In this document: positions 1-11,148 of the stretch, piece after piece | Layout: each line of letters starts with the position of its first letter | Position numbering within the stretch: position 1 is the stretch's first letter | Assembly: GCF_011745625.1 (NCBI RefSeq) | Contig: NW_027191463.1 | Location: forward strand, 124,001-188,000 | DNA length: 64,000 nucleotides | Direction of reading: 5' to 3' | Source of the DNA: Cladosporium halotolerans | Lineage: Eukaryota | The notes under the pieces: generated by a model | The model's input: the letters and a program-made list of their open reading frames with translations, nothing else | Databases searched by the model: none | Told to the model about the DNA's origin: nothing | Program-made: the position numbers and the translations under genes

Positions 1-2103
1 ATCCTCATCCTCAGCATCGACATCAGACTCCCCGAACACCTCGTTCTTCGCCTTCGGCTCGCAAGCCGCAATCTCCCTCGCCAACCCCACCATGCTCGGG
101 ATCGTCAGGTCCGGCAGGTCGTAGACCCCGTCGCCCCTCGTGTCGTAGTGCAGCTCGAACTTGAATTTCTTCGGGTCCGGCGTGTGCTCCCTGTCGTGCG
201 GCTTCTTGCCCTTGTGCTTGCCTTCGTTCCACTTGGAATCGTCGACGCTGTCGTCCTCGCCGCTCGCCGCGCTCGACGAGGGGCCGAAGTCGTTGTTGAT
301 GTGCGTCAGGTTGGCGAGGTACTGCCTGTAGCCGAGGAGGGTGAGGGTCTGCGGGGAGTAGGCGGGGCCGGGGGGAGAGGATTTGGAGGGCGGGGAGGGG
401 ACGGTGAATTTTTGCCCTTTGCGCTTTTTGCGGAGGAGGGTGGGCGAGGAGGAGTCGTCGTCGGACTGATCGTCGAGCTCGAATGACGGGCCGTCAACAG
501 CGGCGTCCAATTCGGAGTCCAGCTCTTTGTAGCGCTGCGCGATCGCCAGGGCGTCGAAGGGCTTGTGGGTGCTCAGGCCGGAGACGTTGTACTCGTAGAC
601 TCTGACGACGGGCAGGAGGTTGGGCACGACGCTGGCGCTGGCGAAGGAGACGGAGTAGCGCTCTGCGAACTCGCCGCCGATTTCCTTGAGGTATTTCTTT
701 TCTTTCTCTTTGCGCTTCTGCTTTTTGCTCTTGCCGCCTTTCTTGTCTTTGCCGCCCTTTTTGAAGGTCTGCTCGAGCAGGTCGTCGACTTCCCACTCGG
801 GCCTTTGGTCGTCGCTGCTCGACATCAGCTGCTCGAAAGCAGCCTTCCGCTTGAGCGACTTGGGAGGCTTAGGGATCTCCGAGAACTGCCTCCTTAGATC
901 CGTAAAGTAACTCGGCGAAACCTCCACGTGCATCTCGTCGTCCGGAATCTCCCTGAACGTACCCTCCTCCAGCTCAGCGATCTTCATGCGTCCATTCTGC
1001 GTGTCGTCCTCGATCGCGTGGAAATCCTGCAACATAAAGTGATCGTAGTTCATGTGCCCCCACATGCTGGAGATGACGACGTCGCGGTACTGCTGCATCC
1101 ACAGCGTGTACTTCTGCCAGCAGGTCTCGTCCCACTGCGTCTTCGCATCCGTGCGCGCGGGCGGCACGTGTCCGATCATGATGGCCTTCATGCCGCGGTC
1201 GCGCAGGAACTGCAATTGGATGCGCAGCCACTCCATATGGCGGTAGCCGGGCTCTGACTTCGCAGCGCAGCCGTCGACGGCAGCGTTCGACTGGAAGAAG
1301 TACATGGTGTTGAGGCTGAAGACGGCGAGGTGGTTCGGAATGACTTCGACCGAGAACCAGCCGCCTTGCTCGAAGGAGTGCTTTTGTACTTCCGGGATGA
1401 ACTGCCGCCAGACATCGAGGAAGGCGCGCGTCCAGCGGTTCGGGCCCTTGGTCATGATGTTGTGCGGCAGGATGTCGTTGTTGCCGATGTTCGGGACGAT
1501 GGGCACGATGTAGTCGTTGTACGGGTCCGGGTCCTCCTCGTCGCCGTTGTGCTTGCCGAACACCTCTGCCAGCTTGCTCACCATGAACTCGTTCAGACCG
1601 ACCACTTGCTCCGCCGTGCGGGGCAGCTTCTCGTCGTTGTCGTGTCGCGCCGAGTCGCCCGTCCATATCACGAAGTCCACCTCGTCCTTCAGCTCTTGCC
1701 CGATCCATTCCATTGTCTTATTGATCAGCGCGATCGGGCTGTCGCAATCGCTGACCTCGGCGCCGTAGACGCCGGCGGGGCCTTGTCCATGATGGCAGGC
1801 ATTGTCTTCACTCGTCGATGAATATACTTTGTAGAACCGATCGGGGTGAAAATCTGCTTCGGATCAGAGACTGCGCTTGGAAAGGCATTTCTTGTCCGCG
1901 CGAGGGAATGTACCTGTGATGTGCAGAAAACGGCCGTGGAGCGGGCGCTGCTTCGACGACTGCCCCGCACCGCGACCCAATGGAATGATATTTACGTCCT
2001 CCTCGCGCAGAGGCGCTTGCTCCGTCGGGCGGGCGTATGACCATTGCGCCAGGCCACAGGCACCCAGCAGGCCGGTCAGCAGACGCATTTTGCTCGCGAC
2101 CAT
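1..2103 (-). CDS. PPN1: Endopolyphosphatase (calcineurin-like metallophosphoesterase); 3' end lies beyond the window start
   Basis: Exon 1 reads MVASKMRLL...GRFLHIT (ATG at 2103 or 2088). Removing intron 1854-1913 (GT..CTGAT..CAG) joins it to DFHPD. Downstream motifs are CDSP, WTGDSARHDND, GNNDILPHN, GHVPP and GHMNYDHF, followed by a Lys-rich C-terminal region. The frame is open to position 1. Confidence 0.92.
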
Positions 2104-2955
2104 CAGGGTGTTTTTCTCTGCGACAGGCGCTCAGGCGGCGGGCATGCCGTGGGCGGTCCTAGGGAGGGAAATGCAAGCAAGGAAGAGATGAATAACCGAA
2201 CGCTGGAAATGACGCTGGAAGCGAAAATGCGGCGTGAGCTGTGTGGTTTGTACTGCGGTGCCTGCAGCGTTCCTGAGATCGGCGGGCGTGGGAAATGTGC
2301 CGTGCCTGGCGTCTGAGGCGCAAACACACGTCACCGCGCCGCACTGCGCTCCGGCCGGCTGGGAATTGCGAGAACCCCGGGGCTGATCGTACAGTAGAGC
2401 GGCGAAAAGGGCGTGGGCGTGGGCGTGGTGGGAATTCGGGAGTGGGCGATGTGAGCGTTCACCAGAGGGTCCGCACACGGCGTATATATTGTTCGCAGGC
2501 TACACACAAGGCGAGGGCACGCGACATTCTCCTCTTTGTCCATGGCCCGATCGACCGACCGACCCCATGGCATTTGTGCATTTGTGAGGCTTTAGCAGAC
2601 GCCGCGGCCGGGCCAATCAAGCCTGCAGCACGCGCACGTTGCTCGTTGCACAGCAGACGCGCGCAGTGCGAGCGACGCCTCCCCCTCGCCTGACCCGCTC
2701 AGCTGCTCATCACTGCTCACCTTGATGGCTTCACCTGCCTGACCGCCCACTACCGCACGCCTACCCAACATTCGCAGCGTTGAGGGCGTGTGTTGGCGAA
2801 AGCACGGGAGGCCGTGTCGGCTCGACGGGGAGATCTTGGCCCTTTGCCGAGGGCGTCGATTGGCGGCTGTAGCCGTGGTGTATAGGATATGTACTTCTGC
2901 ATCGCTACTGTATACCTAGCATACAGACTACCCGCCCGGCTCGCGCACTCCAAGC

Positions 2956-3438
2956 TCAGTCGACCTTGACGCGTCCCCAGATCCCGCAGACCACGGCCAG
3001 CCGCGCGACCACGAACGGCCATGTGGTGAGCGTCACCACCCACTCCTCCGAGCTCCAGCCGCCCACCTGCGCCCACACGCTCCAGCCGCCGATCGCCTGC
3101 GCGCACGAGTGGCAGTACGCCGCGTCCGACAGCAGCATGCCCGCGCACAGGAGCCTCCACACGCGCGCGTCGTCCACCAGCCGGAGCACGACGGCCTCCG
3201 TGAAGGCGAAGTGCAGCCAGCCGCCCAGCAGTTCCGTGTAGATGAAGTCCGAGCCGGTTTGGATCGAGGTCACGGCCTGTCTGGTCATGTTGGATGTGTA
3301 GTGTCCTGGGTTCAGGAGCAGCAGGGCTGCGCCGCCGAGCGCGAAGAGCGGTTCGACATTGAGGAGGAGGAATCGCCAGATGAAGGGGATCGTCGCGGAA
3401 GCCGTTTGGCTGCCTCGCGTGGGGGCCACGTTGGGCAT
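2956..3438 (-). CDS. Small multi-pass membrane protein of unknown function (160 aa)
   Basis: Single ATG-initiated ORF with about 4 hydrophobic segments (FLLLNVEPLFALGG, ELLGGWLHFAFTEAVVLR, VWRLLCAGMLLSD, WPFVVARLAVVCGIW) and coding-like codon use. Confidence 0.75.
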   Translation of the reverse strand: MPNVAPTRGSQTASATIPFIWRFLLLNVEPLFALGGAALLLLNPGHYTSNMTRQAVTSIQTGSDFIYTELLGGWLHFAFTEAVVLRLVDDARVWRLLCAGMLLSDAAYCHSCAQAIGGWSVWAQVGGWSSEEWVVTLTTWPFVVARLAVVCGIWGRVKVD

Positions 3439-4312
3439 GATGGACGAAACAGTAGTAGGTGAATAATGTCTCTTCGGCAGGTATGCGCTCCGTCCTTGGT
3501 GTTGATTTCACGCCGTACTCGGTGCGCTCGATGATAACGATCACTCCGATGCTGTAATGGCACGGAAGCCGGAACAAGAACAGCTAAGAGTCCGCAAGAC
3601 ACCTCCGCAACGCGTGAAGCTTGACTCGCGTCCGCCGTTCAAAGTTCTACTGATCAGCCACCGCCGCTAACCGCTCCCCACTTACATCAGGCACGTCAAA
3701 GAAATTTGTCGCGACGGAAACCAGATGGAAGCACCTTATCTGAGCAGCCAGCGTGGCCGAAGCGTGCTAATTACGCGGCGGGCAAGTTCGCAGTCCTCAT
3801 GACAACATCGCCGCCGACTAGCACGCCCAAACCCCGTGGGCACGCTGGCGAACACCGTGGACACCCGACGGGAGGAATGGCCATACCGCAGAAGGGCCTA
3901 TCGCTCGATTGGCTCGCGCAGGGCAACGTTATGTAAAAAGTGTGGGCGGCCCCGAAGTCCTCACGACACCGACGTTCCACCATGCCCATTCCGCGCGGGC
4001 GCGGACGCAAAGAATTTCGCAACCGCTCTGGCGCTGCCATGTCATGCCCGTCAAAGCCGCCCTCAACCGAGCGAAGCAGGGCCCTCCTTAAGGTAGGTAC
4101 CGCACGCCTTCACCTCGCCGTGAGCATCATCGCCCCCAGACCGGTTCGCCAAAGCAAACCCCAACCCCATATCTGCGCGATCCGTGACCTGGAGACAGTT
4201 CTCTGCTGGCTTCGGGGCGACCGCGGCGGCTTTCCTTTTTCTCTTTCTCCAACTGTGTGGGAGTTGACCTTCCAACTACTGTCTTTACTGCCTTCCTGTT
4301 CAACGAGAAATC

Positions 4313-5896
4313 ATGGAGATGAACCCGAAGGTCAACGATGCCGCGGAGCATGGCGACTTGGAGCAGACCATGACGGGCGCTCCGTCGCAGCCGGGGGATG
4401 TGCAGAATGTTCAGATGAGCGATGATGTGTTCGGAGAAGTTGGCGAGGACGGGCCCAACTATCGAAATGTTCGTATTCTTGCAGGCATCGAAGGAATGCG
4501 TTGTTGCTAACGTTCGCGACAGGTCGGTTGGATCGCAGCAGCTGTGCTCATGCTGAAGTCGCAAATCGGCATTGGCGTTCTATCGATCCCGACTGCTTTC
4601 GACGTGCTGGGCATGATCCCGGGTATCATCTGCCTGCTGTTCATCGCCAGTGTTGCGACTTGGTCTGGATTCATCGTTGGTCCATTTAAGCTTCGACACC
4701 CTTCGGTGTACGGACTTGACGATGCCGGCATGATGATTGCCGGTCCGATCGCTCGTGAGATGATGGCTGGAGGATTCACTCTGTGTAAGTGCTTCGATCG
4801 ATGCAGCTCGTTCAACGAACGCTGACAATATCCCAGACTGGATCTTCCTCTCCGGCTCTGGCATGCTCGGCGTTTCGATCGGTCTCAACGCCCTCTCTAC
4901 CCACGGAGCATGCACTGCGATCTTCGTCGCCGTGGCCGCGGCCATCGGATTCATCTTCGCCAGTGTCCGGACGCTGGGCCGCCTTAGCTGGCTTGCCTGG
5001 GTCGGAACTGCCTGCGTTCTGGTGTCAGTGTTCGTTCTGACCGTTGCCGCTGGAGTTCAGGAGCGCCCTGCAGCGGCGCCACAGACTGGTCCTTGGGAGT
5101 CCAACTGGAAGATTGCTGCCAACCCTACATTCGAGGAGGCGATGGCGGCGGTCTCGTCTCTTGTCCTTGCGTACGCCGGCGTGCCGGCTTTCTTTGCGGT
5201 CGCCTCTGAGATGGCTGACCCGAAGCTGTACACGCGCTCTGTCCTGTCGTGTCAGCTGGTAGCGACTGTGACCTACTCGATTATTGGCATTGTGGTTTAT
5301 TATTACTGCGGCTCCTTCGTCGCTTCGCCTGCGCTTGGGTCTGCGGGTGTGCTTATGAAGAAGGTGTGCTACGGCTTGGTGCTGCCGGGTCTGATCGTTT
5401 CGACCCTTCTGTACATCCACGTAAGTTGAGAGACAACCAGAAAACTCGTCGAACAGCCCCGCTGACATGGACACAGTTGACCGCCAAGTACTTCATGGTC
5501 CGCATCCTGCGCGGCTCAAAGCACCTCGCCGCCAACACCTGGCAGCACTGGACGACCTGGCTCTGCTGCACGGGCGGCATCACGATCATCGCCTACTGCA
5601 TCGCGAGCGGCATCCCCGTCTTCGAGAGCCTCGTCTCGCTCGTCGGCGCCCTCTTCGGCACCTTCATGACCTTCCAGCCAATGGGCGCCATGTGGTTCTA
5701 CGACAACTGGAACAAGGTCGAGCGCGACTGGAAGTGGAAGTTGCGCGTCTGCTGGGCGGCGTTCGTCATCGTCATCGGCACCTTCCTCATGATCGGAGGC
5801 ACGTACGGCTCCGTCGTGGGCATTATCGACTCGTACAGCGCGGAGGGCGGGGGTTCGGGAGCCTGGTCTTGCGCGGACAACTCGAACTCCGTGTGA
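4313..5896 (+). CDS. Neutral amino-acid permease (AAAP/Aa_trans family)
   Basis: Four exons, with introns at 4469-4522, 4785-4836 and 5421-5476. Motifs GPNYRNVGW, KSQIGIGVLSIP, IGLNALSTHGACT, AYAGVPAFFAVASEM and ASPALGSAG; about 11 TM segments. Confidence 0.92.
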
Positions 5897-6851
5897 GGAG
5901 CTGAGATTGAGAACATGTGAAGCAGCGCTTTTATTTTATGGCCTTGACGATACCCTTACTGTATGTAGTGTTCTGCGGGACAGAATCGAACGAAAGCGAA
6001 TGGAGTGAGCTCAGCTTTTGCAGAGCCGCATCGCTTGGCGTGCTCGCCAGCTACACATGTATATATGCGACTTCCGAACGAACGAACGATTAAAACACAC
6101 TCCCATCAGTCTCGGCACGCTTCATCCATTGGCCGCCCACACCTGACTTGTGCACGCGGCTGCAGACAGCCGAGGGCGCCGTGCCCCAGAGGCGCAGCAG
6201 CGCGAATGCTTCTCTGGTCGCTTCCAGCACTCCAAACACATGATCGGCCGTAATTTAAACACCAGGGGCACGTCGTGCGAGGCTAACCTTCTGCACGCCA
6301 GCCGCAGCGCCGCATGGCCAGACGGGCCACTAACACGCTGCCCTGGCGAGCCTCTCCCGTGTCTGGGCGGATATGCCGGCACCTTTCGCACTTTGACTCG
6401 GCCAGGCGCTCCGCGGCAGCGCCTAGTGGCCAGGGCTCGCCCGCTTTATACGAGTCGAATCTGCTGCCCGCCACGGCCTCTTTGCGCCTAGCGACACCGT
6501 AAACCCAATGCAATAGTGCGACCCTCGCGCGGCCGCCCGCGCATTGGCCGCCGCCGACGACAGACTGGCCCTCTCGGATCTGAAGAGCACCCACGCCATG
6601 TCGTAGGGCCACGCTTGCAGCGCCGGCCAGGGCCCGCCCGGGTCGTCGCCCAAAATACAACTCGCCGCCGTCCTGGTGCTGGCCCTTGGGGGATCTGCCT
6701 CGCTGCCGTCGTCTCCGTCTGCCTCGAATCGACGGTGCAACATAAGTCGCTTTTCTCCCACCCACGTCGCTCTCTCGAGTCCCGCACCTGCTTTCGTTGT
6801 TCACCACATTCATTGTCCTTATTTCTATTTTCTTAATACAAATCAGGCATC

Positions 6852-8708
6852 ATGCGTGCCCAAGAGTCTCTCGTTCTTTCCCTTCTCTCCACCGCCGCCG
6901 TCGCCGCCCCGTCCTGCAAGGCCAAGCACAGCGGCGCCGCTCGCGACACCTCCGACAAGCACGTCGCCGAGCTGCGCGACCAGGTCTCCTCGCTCCGCGA
7001 GCAGCTTCAGAGCGTCTACCAGCAGCCCAGCCAGGCCTGCCAGGCTCACTCCAAGGCCACCAACTATGGCAGCGTTCCCACCGCCGGCTTCACGGCCGCT
7101 TTCACCGCCGCGATGAGCACCGGCGCCGCCAGTGCCACCATGCCCGCCGCCTACGAGTCCTACTTCTCCTCCGTGGGCCCCGTCTCTCGCCTGAAGCCCA
7201 CTTCCGTTCGCTCTTACGGCTCATCCACCGGTGCCCCGGCCCCGACTGGTGTTGGCAAGGACGATGGTAGCGACAGCGGCAGCGAGGCTGGCAAGCCCCC
7301 CGGCTACGCCTCATCTGGTGCCTCCATGGGTGCCTCTGCTGGCGCGTCTGGTGCTGCCTCTGATGCTGCTACCTCTGGAGCATCTGGCGCCGCCTCTTCT
7401 GAGGCTCCTTTCCCCACCTTCTCCACCTACTCCAACGGCACCTCTGTCAACCACCAGGCCACTGGCACTGGCGCCGTCGGCAGCTCCTCCTCCGTGGTTC
7501 TTTCCACCGGCGCGAGCAGCTCTGTCGCCACCACCTCTTCCTCTGCCGCCTCCAGCTCCAGCACTGGCGTCTCTCCCACTTACGTTCCCAAGCTCTCGGA
7601 CTACACCGACGCCGAGATCGCCAACGGTGACGCCTGGAAGGAGGTTGCCAAGATCGCCGACGACCGCATGAAGGCTCGCGACGACCTCACCGGCAGCTGC
7701 ACCTACGAGACCGCCGAGGTTCGCACTGAGTTCAGGGCCATGTCCAACGACCAGCGCAAGGCCTTCACCGACGCCGTCTCTTGCCTCCAGAACATGCCTC
7801 CCCAGGTCATGACTGCCGACCAGAGCTCCAAGTACGCCGGTGTGAAGAGCAGGTACGACGAGTACGTCGCCACTCACATCGAGAACACGCTCAACATCCA
7901 CGCCACCGCCGACTTCCTCGCCTGGCACAGGCACTTCATCTTCGAGTTCGAGCAGGACCTGAAGAACAGCTGCGGCTACACCGGCACCCTCCCCTACTGG
8001 GACTGGGCCGCCGACGCCCAGGCCGTCGACCAGAGCGAGCTCTTCAACGGTGACGAGTACTCCATGGGCTCCAACGGCGAGTACATCGCCGGCCGCGAGG
8101 ACACCTACCTCGGCCTCCAGGACATCAACTTCCCGCCCGGCACCGGCGGCGGCTGCGTGTACAGCGGCCCCTTCAGCAACACGAGCTACACCACCAACCT
8201 CGGCCCCATCGACTCGCCCTACAACAACAACGTCGAGGGCCACTTCGACTTCAACCCGCGCTGCCTCGTCCGCGACCTGAACTCCTGGTTCTCGCAGCGC
8301 TACAACACCTACACGAACGTCGCCGACCTCGTCCTCGGCGAGGACAGCGTGCAGTACTTCCAGGCGCTGATGCAGGGCTACCTCGGCGACAACAAGCTCG
8401 GCGTGCACGGCGGCGGCCACTGGCTCGGCGGCGGCCCCTCGCAGCTCGAGGACTTCCACTCCTCCCCCAACGACCCCGTCTTCTACATCCACCACGCCAT
8501 GATCGACCGCATCTGGACCGCCTGGCAGTACATGGACCGCGAGGCCCGCCAGGACGCCATCTACGGCACTTCCACCCTCAACAACTCCCCGCCCTCCGCC
8601 GACATGACTCTCCAGGACTCCCTGCCTTTCGGCCTCGTCACGGAGAGCCCCGTGCTCGGCGACCTCATGGACACCCTCAAGGGCCCGTACTGCTACCGCT
8701 ACGAGTAA
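6852..8708 (+). CDS. Secreted tyrosinase/catechol oxidase (type-3 copper) with N-terminal coiled coil and low-complexity linker, 618 aa
   Basis: Signal peptide; CuA region RYDEYVATH..IH..FLAWHR..LPYWDW; CuB region VHGGGH..SPNDPVFYIHHAMIDRIW; ends CYRYE. No introns. Confidence 0.93.
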   Translation: MRAQESLVLSLLSTAAVAAPSCKAKHSGAARDTSDKHVAELRDQVSSLREQLQSVYQQPSQACQAHSKATNYGSVPTAGFTAAFTAAMSTGAASATMPAAYESYFSSVGPVSRLKPTSVRSYGSSTGAPAPTGVGKDDGSDSGSEAGKPPGYASSGASMGASAGASGAASDAATSGASGAASSEAPFPTFSTYSNGTSVNHQATGTGAVGSSSSVVLSTGASSSVATTSSSAASSSSTGVSPTYVPKLSDYTDAEIANGDAWKEVAKIADDRMKARDDLTGSCTYETAEVRTEFRAMSNDQRKAFTDAVSCLQNMPPQVMTADQSSKYAGVKSRYDEYVATHIENTLNIHATADFLAWHRHFIFEFEQDLKNSCGYTGTLPYWDWAADAQAVDQSELFNGDEYSMGSNGEYIAGREDTYLGLQDINFPPGTGGGCVYSGPFSNTSYTTNLGPIDSPYNNNVEGHFDFNPRCLVRDLNSWFSQRYNTYTNVADLVLGEDSVQYFQALMQGYLGDNKLGVHGGGHWLGGGPSQLEDFHSSPNDPVFYIHHAMIDRIWTAWQYMDREARQDAIYGTSTLNNSPPSADMTLQDSLPFGLVTESPVLGDLMDTLKGPYCYRYE

Positions 8709-11148
8709 GCGTGCGGCGCGCACAAGGGGAAGGGGGCTAGCGGGGCGTGTCTTCAGAGAGCTCTGAGAGAGAGACACGTGGGCCTGACACAACGGCTTTA
8801 CCGGGCCGGAAATTCTTTCCTATAACGCTTCTTCTTGCCATGCATGTCTCATTTTCGTCATCATGTCTCTAGCCGTTTTTGTGTGTTTCCTTGATTTCCC
8901 TTGACTCTTTCTATTCTTACCTCGTAACTTCCATGAACCGAAGTCGAGCACATGTCTTATCTATCTATCCACCGGTAGACTAGCATTGTCCAAACGAAAA
9001 AATTGTCTCAGACACCAATCTTCGAATTTCTCTCGCTTTCGTAGTATTCAGGAACTCACCCGAAACGTCTCTATCATCTCGCATACGGCCCGCTTCGAGC
9101 ACAACAACTGACTAATGCCGCCACCTGCCCTACGCACCGGCGCGGATGCCACGCCCTCTCCAAGACCTCGCCACGCGACTGAGACTTCACTAAGGTACTG
9201 ACTGACTGACATCGTCACGCCGTGCACCGCAATGCCGGCACTGCCACGCCGCGCACAGACTCCGTCACCCGCGATGCAGAACAGAAGTAGCATCCCAGTC
9301 TTACAGCACAGTACCTCAATAACCGTAGGGCGGGAGCGGAAGGCCATGGAACCCGACTTGGAAGGCTGTGGGAGGAGTGGAGCAGGCGGGCATCATGGCG
9401 GGGAGTTTAATTTCTCGCGGCGGGCTATTCTCGTCTTGTCGACTCGTATACGTAGCTGGGGGCAGTAGACAGACGGGTCGCTGACAGAACTCTGTGTGTG
9501 TGTGCTGCTTCTGGCTTAGGTACAGTACTTGGCTACCTAGCCAGTTCCTTCGGCTGCCGCTGTGGAGAGGAGCTCGGAGGACTACTGACCGGTTGGGCGG
9601 AAACGCTATTGGGAACACGACGCGACGCGTGCGGTGCGGTGCGGTGCCGGGTTAGCCAAGCAAGCGAGGCAGGGCAGGGCAAGCGGGTTTCGTCGACTCG
9701 TGTTCGCTTTGCGCTGCAGGCGAGGGCTGCGTGGGAATTATTGGATGGCGCGGTGCGTTAGGAAAGGTGTCATGACACGCTATCGTTATTACTGAGAGAG
9801 GGCTTAAGTCGCTGCTCGCCTCGTCTCAGAACACGAACGTGGACGGGACGTGTCAGGCGTGCGTGCATGCATATGTGCCCTTCAGGTAAGGCAATTTCCC
9901 ACCGTCAGGCCAGCCAGCCAGACAGACAGAATGAGGTCACGACAAGGTTGGCGCCAGCCCACGACGACCAAGACTTCTGACCGCGTGCGCCGCCGCGGCT
10001 ATGCAGGTACGAAGCCAAAGCAAATTGTTGGCCGCCCTTCCCGCCTTTTGCCCCTGAGCAGAAGTGACATTTGTGGCGTTGGCTTGCTGTTTTGGGCGTG
10101 ATGGATGTGGGACGGCGACGAATCAGGGCTGCGCGCGGCTCAACCGAAGTCTGTTCCTGCGTGCGCGTGTGCGCCACGTATATTATTATGTTTTTTGTTG
10201 GCTGAGGCGAGTGAAGGGGATGGATGCATTCTACCTGCTGTGTGCGTGCATGGACTGCCACGGCCGCGGACGAGTGACTAGAACACTACCGCCATGCCAT
10301 GCCATGCCATGACCAGCTCGCCTTCAGGCCAGAAGGCCGTTTCCCATCTGGTCGGAACGCAGAAACGGGCGCCGTCTCGCGCGCTGCACGGCGATCCCCG
10401 TTCGGTCTGCGGCCGTTCTGCTACTGCACTGCTACTGGCCAGTTCTTCAATTCAACGGCCAGTCTCGGCCGCGGGCTGCTGCGATCGATGCGCCGGGCCA
10501 GAAAGTCTGCCGGCCGGGGCGTGGAGCGGATGGGTGCGCTGGCGGCTCGTTCATGGCGGCCTCAAGCAATCATAGCGCTGCTCGCCTCGGACTGCGCACC
10601 GCTAGACGGCGCCGGCGCGCGTATCCTGCGATCCGCGGACGGCGGCTGTCTTTGTCCTAGCGTTGCTCTCTGTCACGCTCTGCAGGCACACCCGCTCCCG
10701 CAGCAGCATCCTGGACAGCCTTCCGCCGCCGCTCAACGCCATGCCCCTTCTGCGCGCACCGGCGCCACCAAATTTAGCCGCATGGCGTGCGAAGGCCCGC
10801 AATCATCGCGGCCGCCGCCTGCTAGACCGTCTTAGCACCGCCCGGCGCTGGTGATACGAGGCGATCAGACGCCAGATGCCGCCCACGCGGAGCCTGCGGC
10901 AGGCCTCGCGCCCCATGTCCACGCCCAGCCCAAGCACTCGTCCATCCCGCCGCCCGCCAGGCCACACATCTATTACCCAGCGCTCGCCTCTGCCTTTCCA
11001 CCCTCTCTCTCCTCCTCACGTCTTTCGTTCAGCACCGCCAGCTCTTTCTTGTCAATCCGGGAGAGAAAGCCGCGTGCTCGTTCGCACACCTTTCCACCCT
11101 TTTTCCTCTCTTATTTATTAATTTATTTGTCGGGAGAAAGACGCAACC

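Noticed and set aside
7311..8792. 493-aa minus-strand ORF antisense to the tyrosinase
   Set aside because: Same codon-bias shadow effect; Val/Gly/Ala-rich translation without motifs.
9631..10311. Short tandem repeats (GCGGT)x3 and (GCCAT)x4 between tyrosinase and tannase
   Set aside because: Ordinary microsatellites with no spacers; not CRISPR-like and not shared with the tyrosinase promoter.
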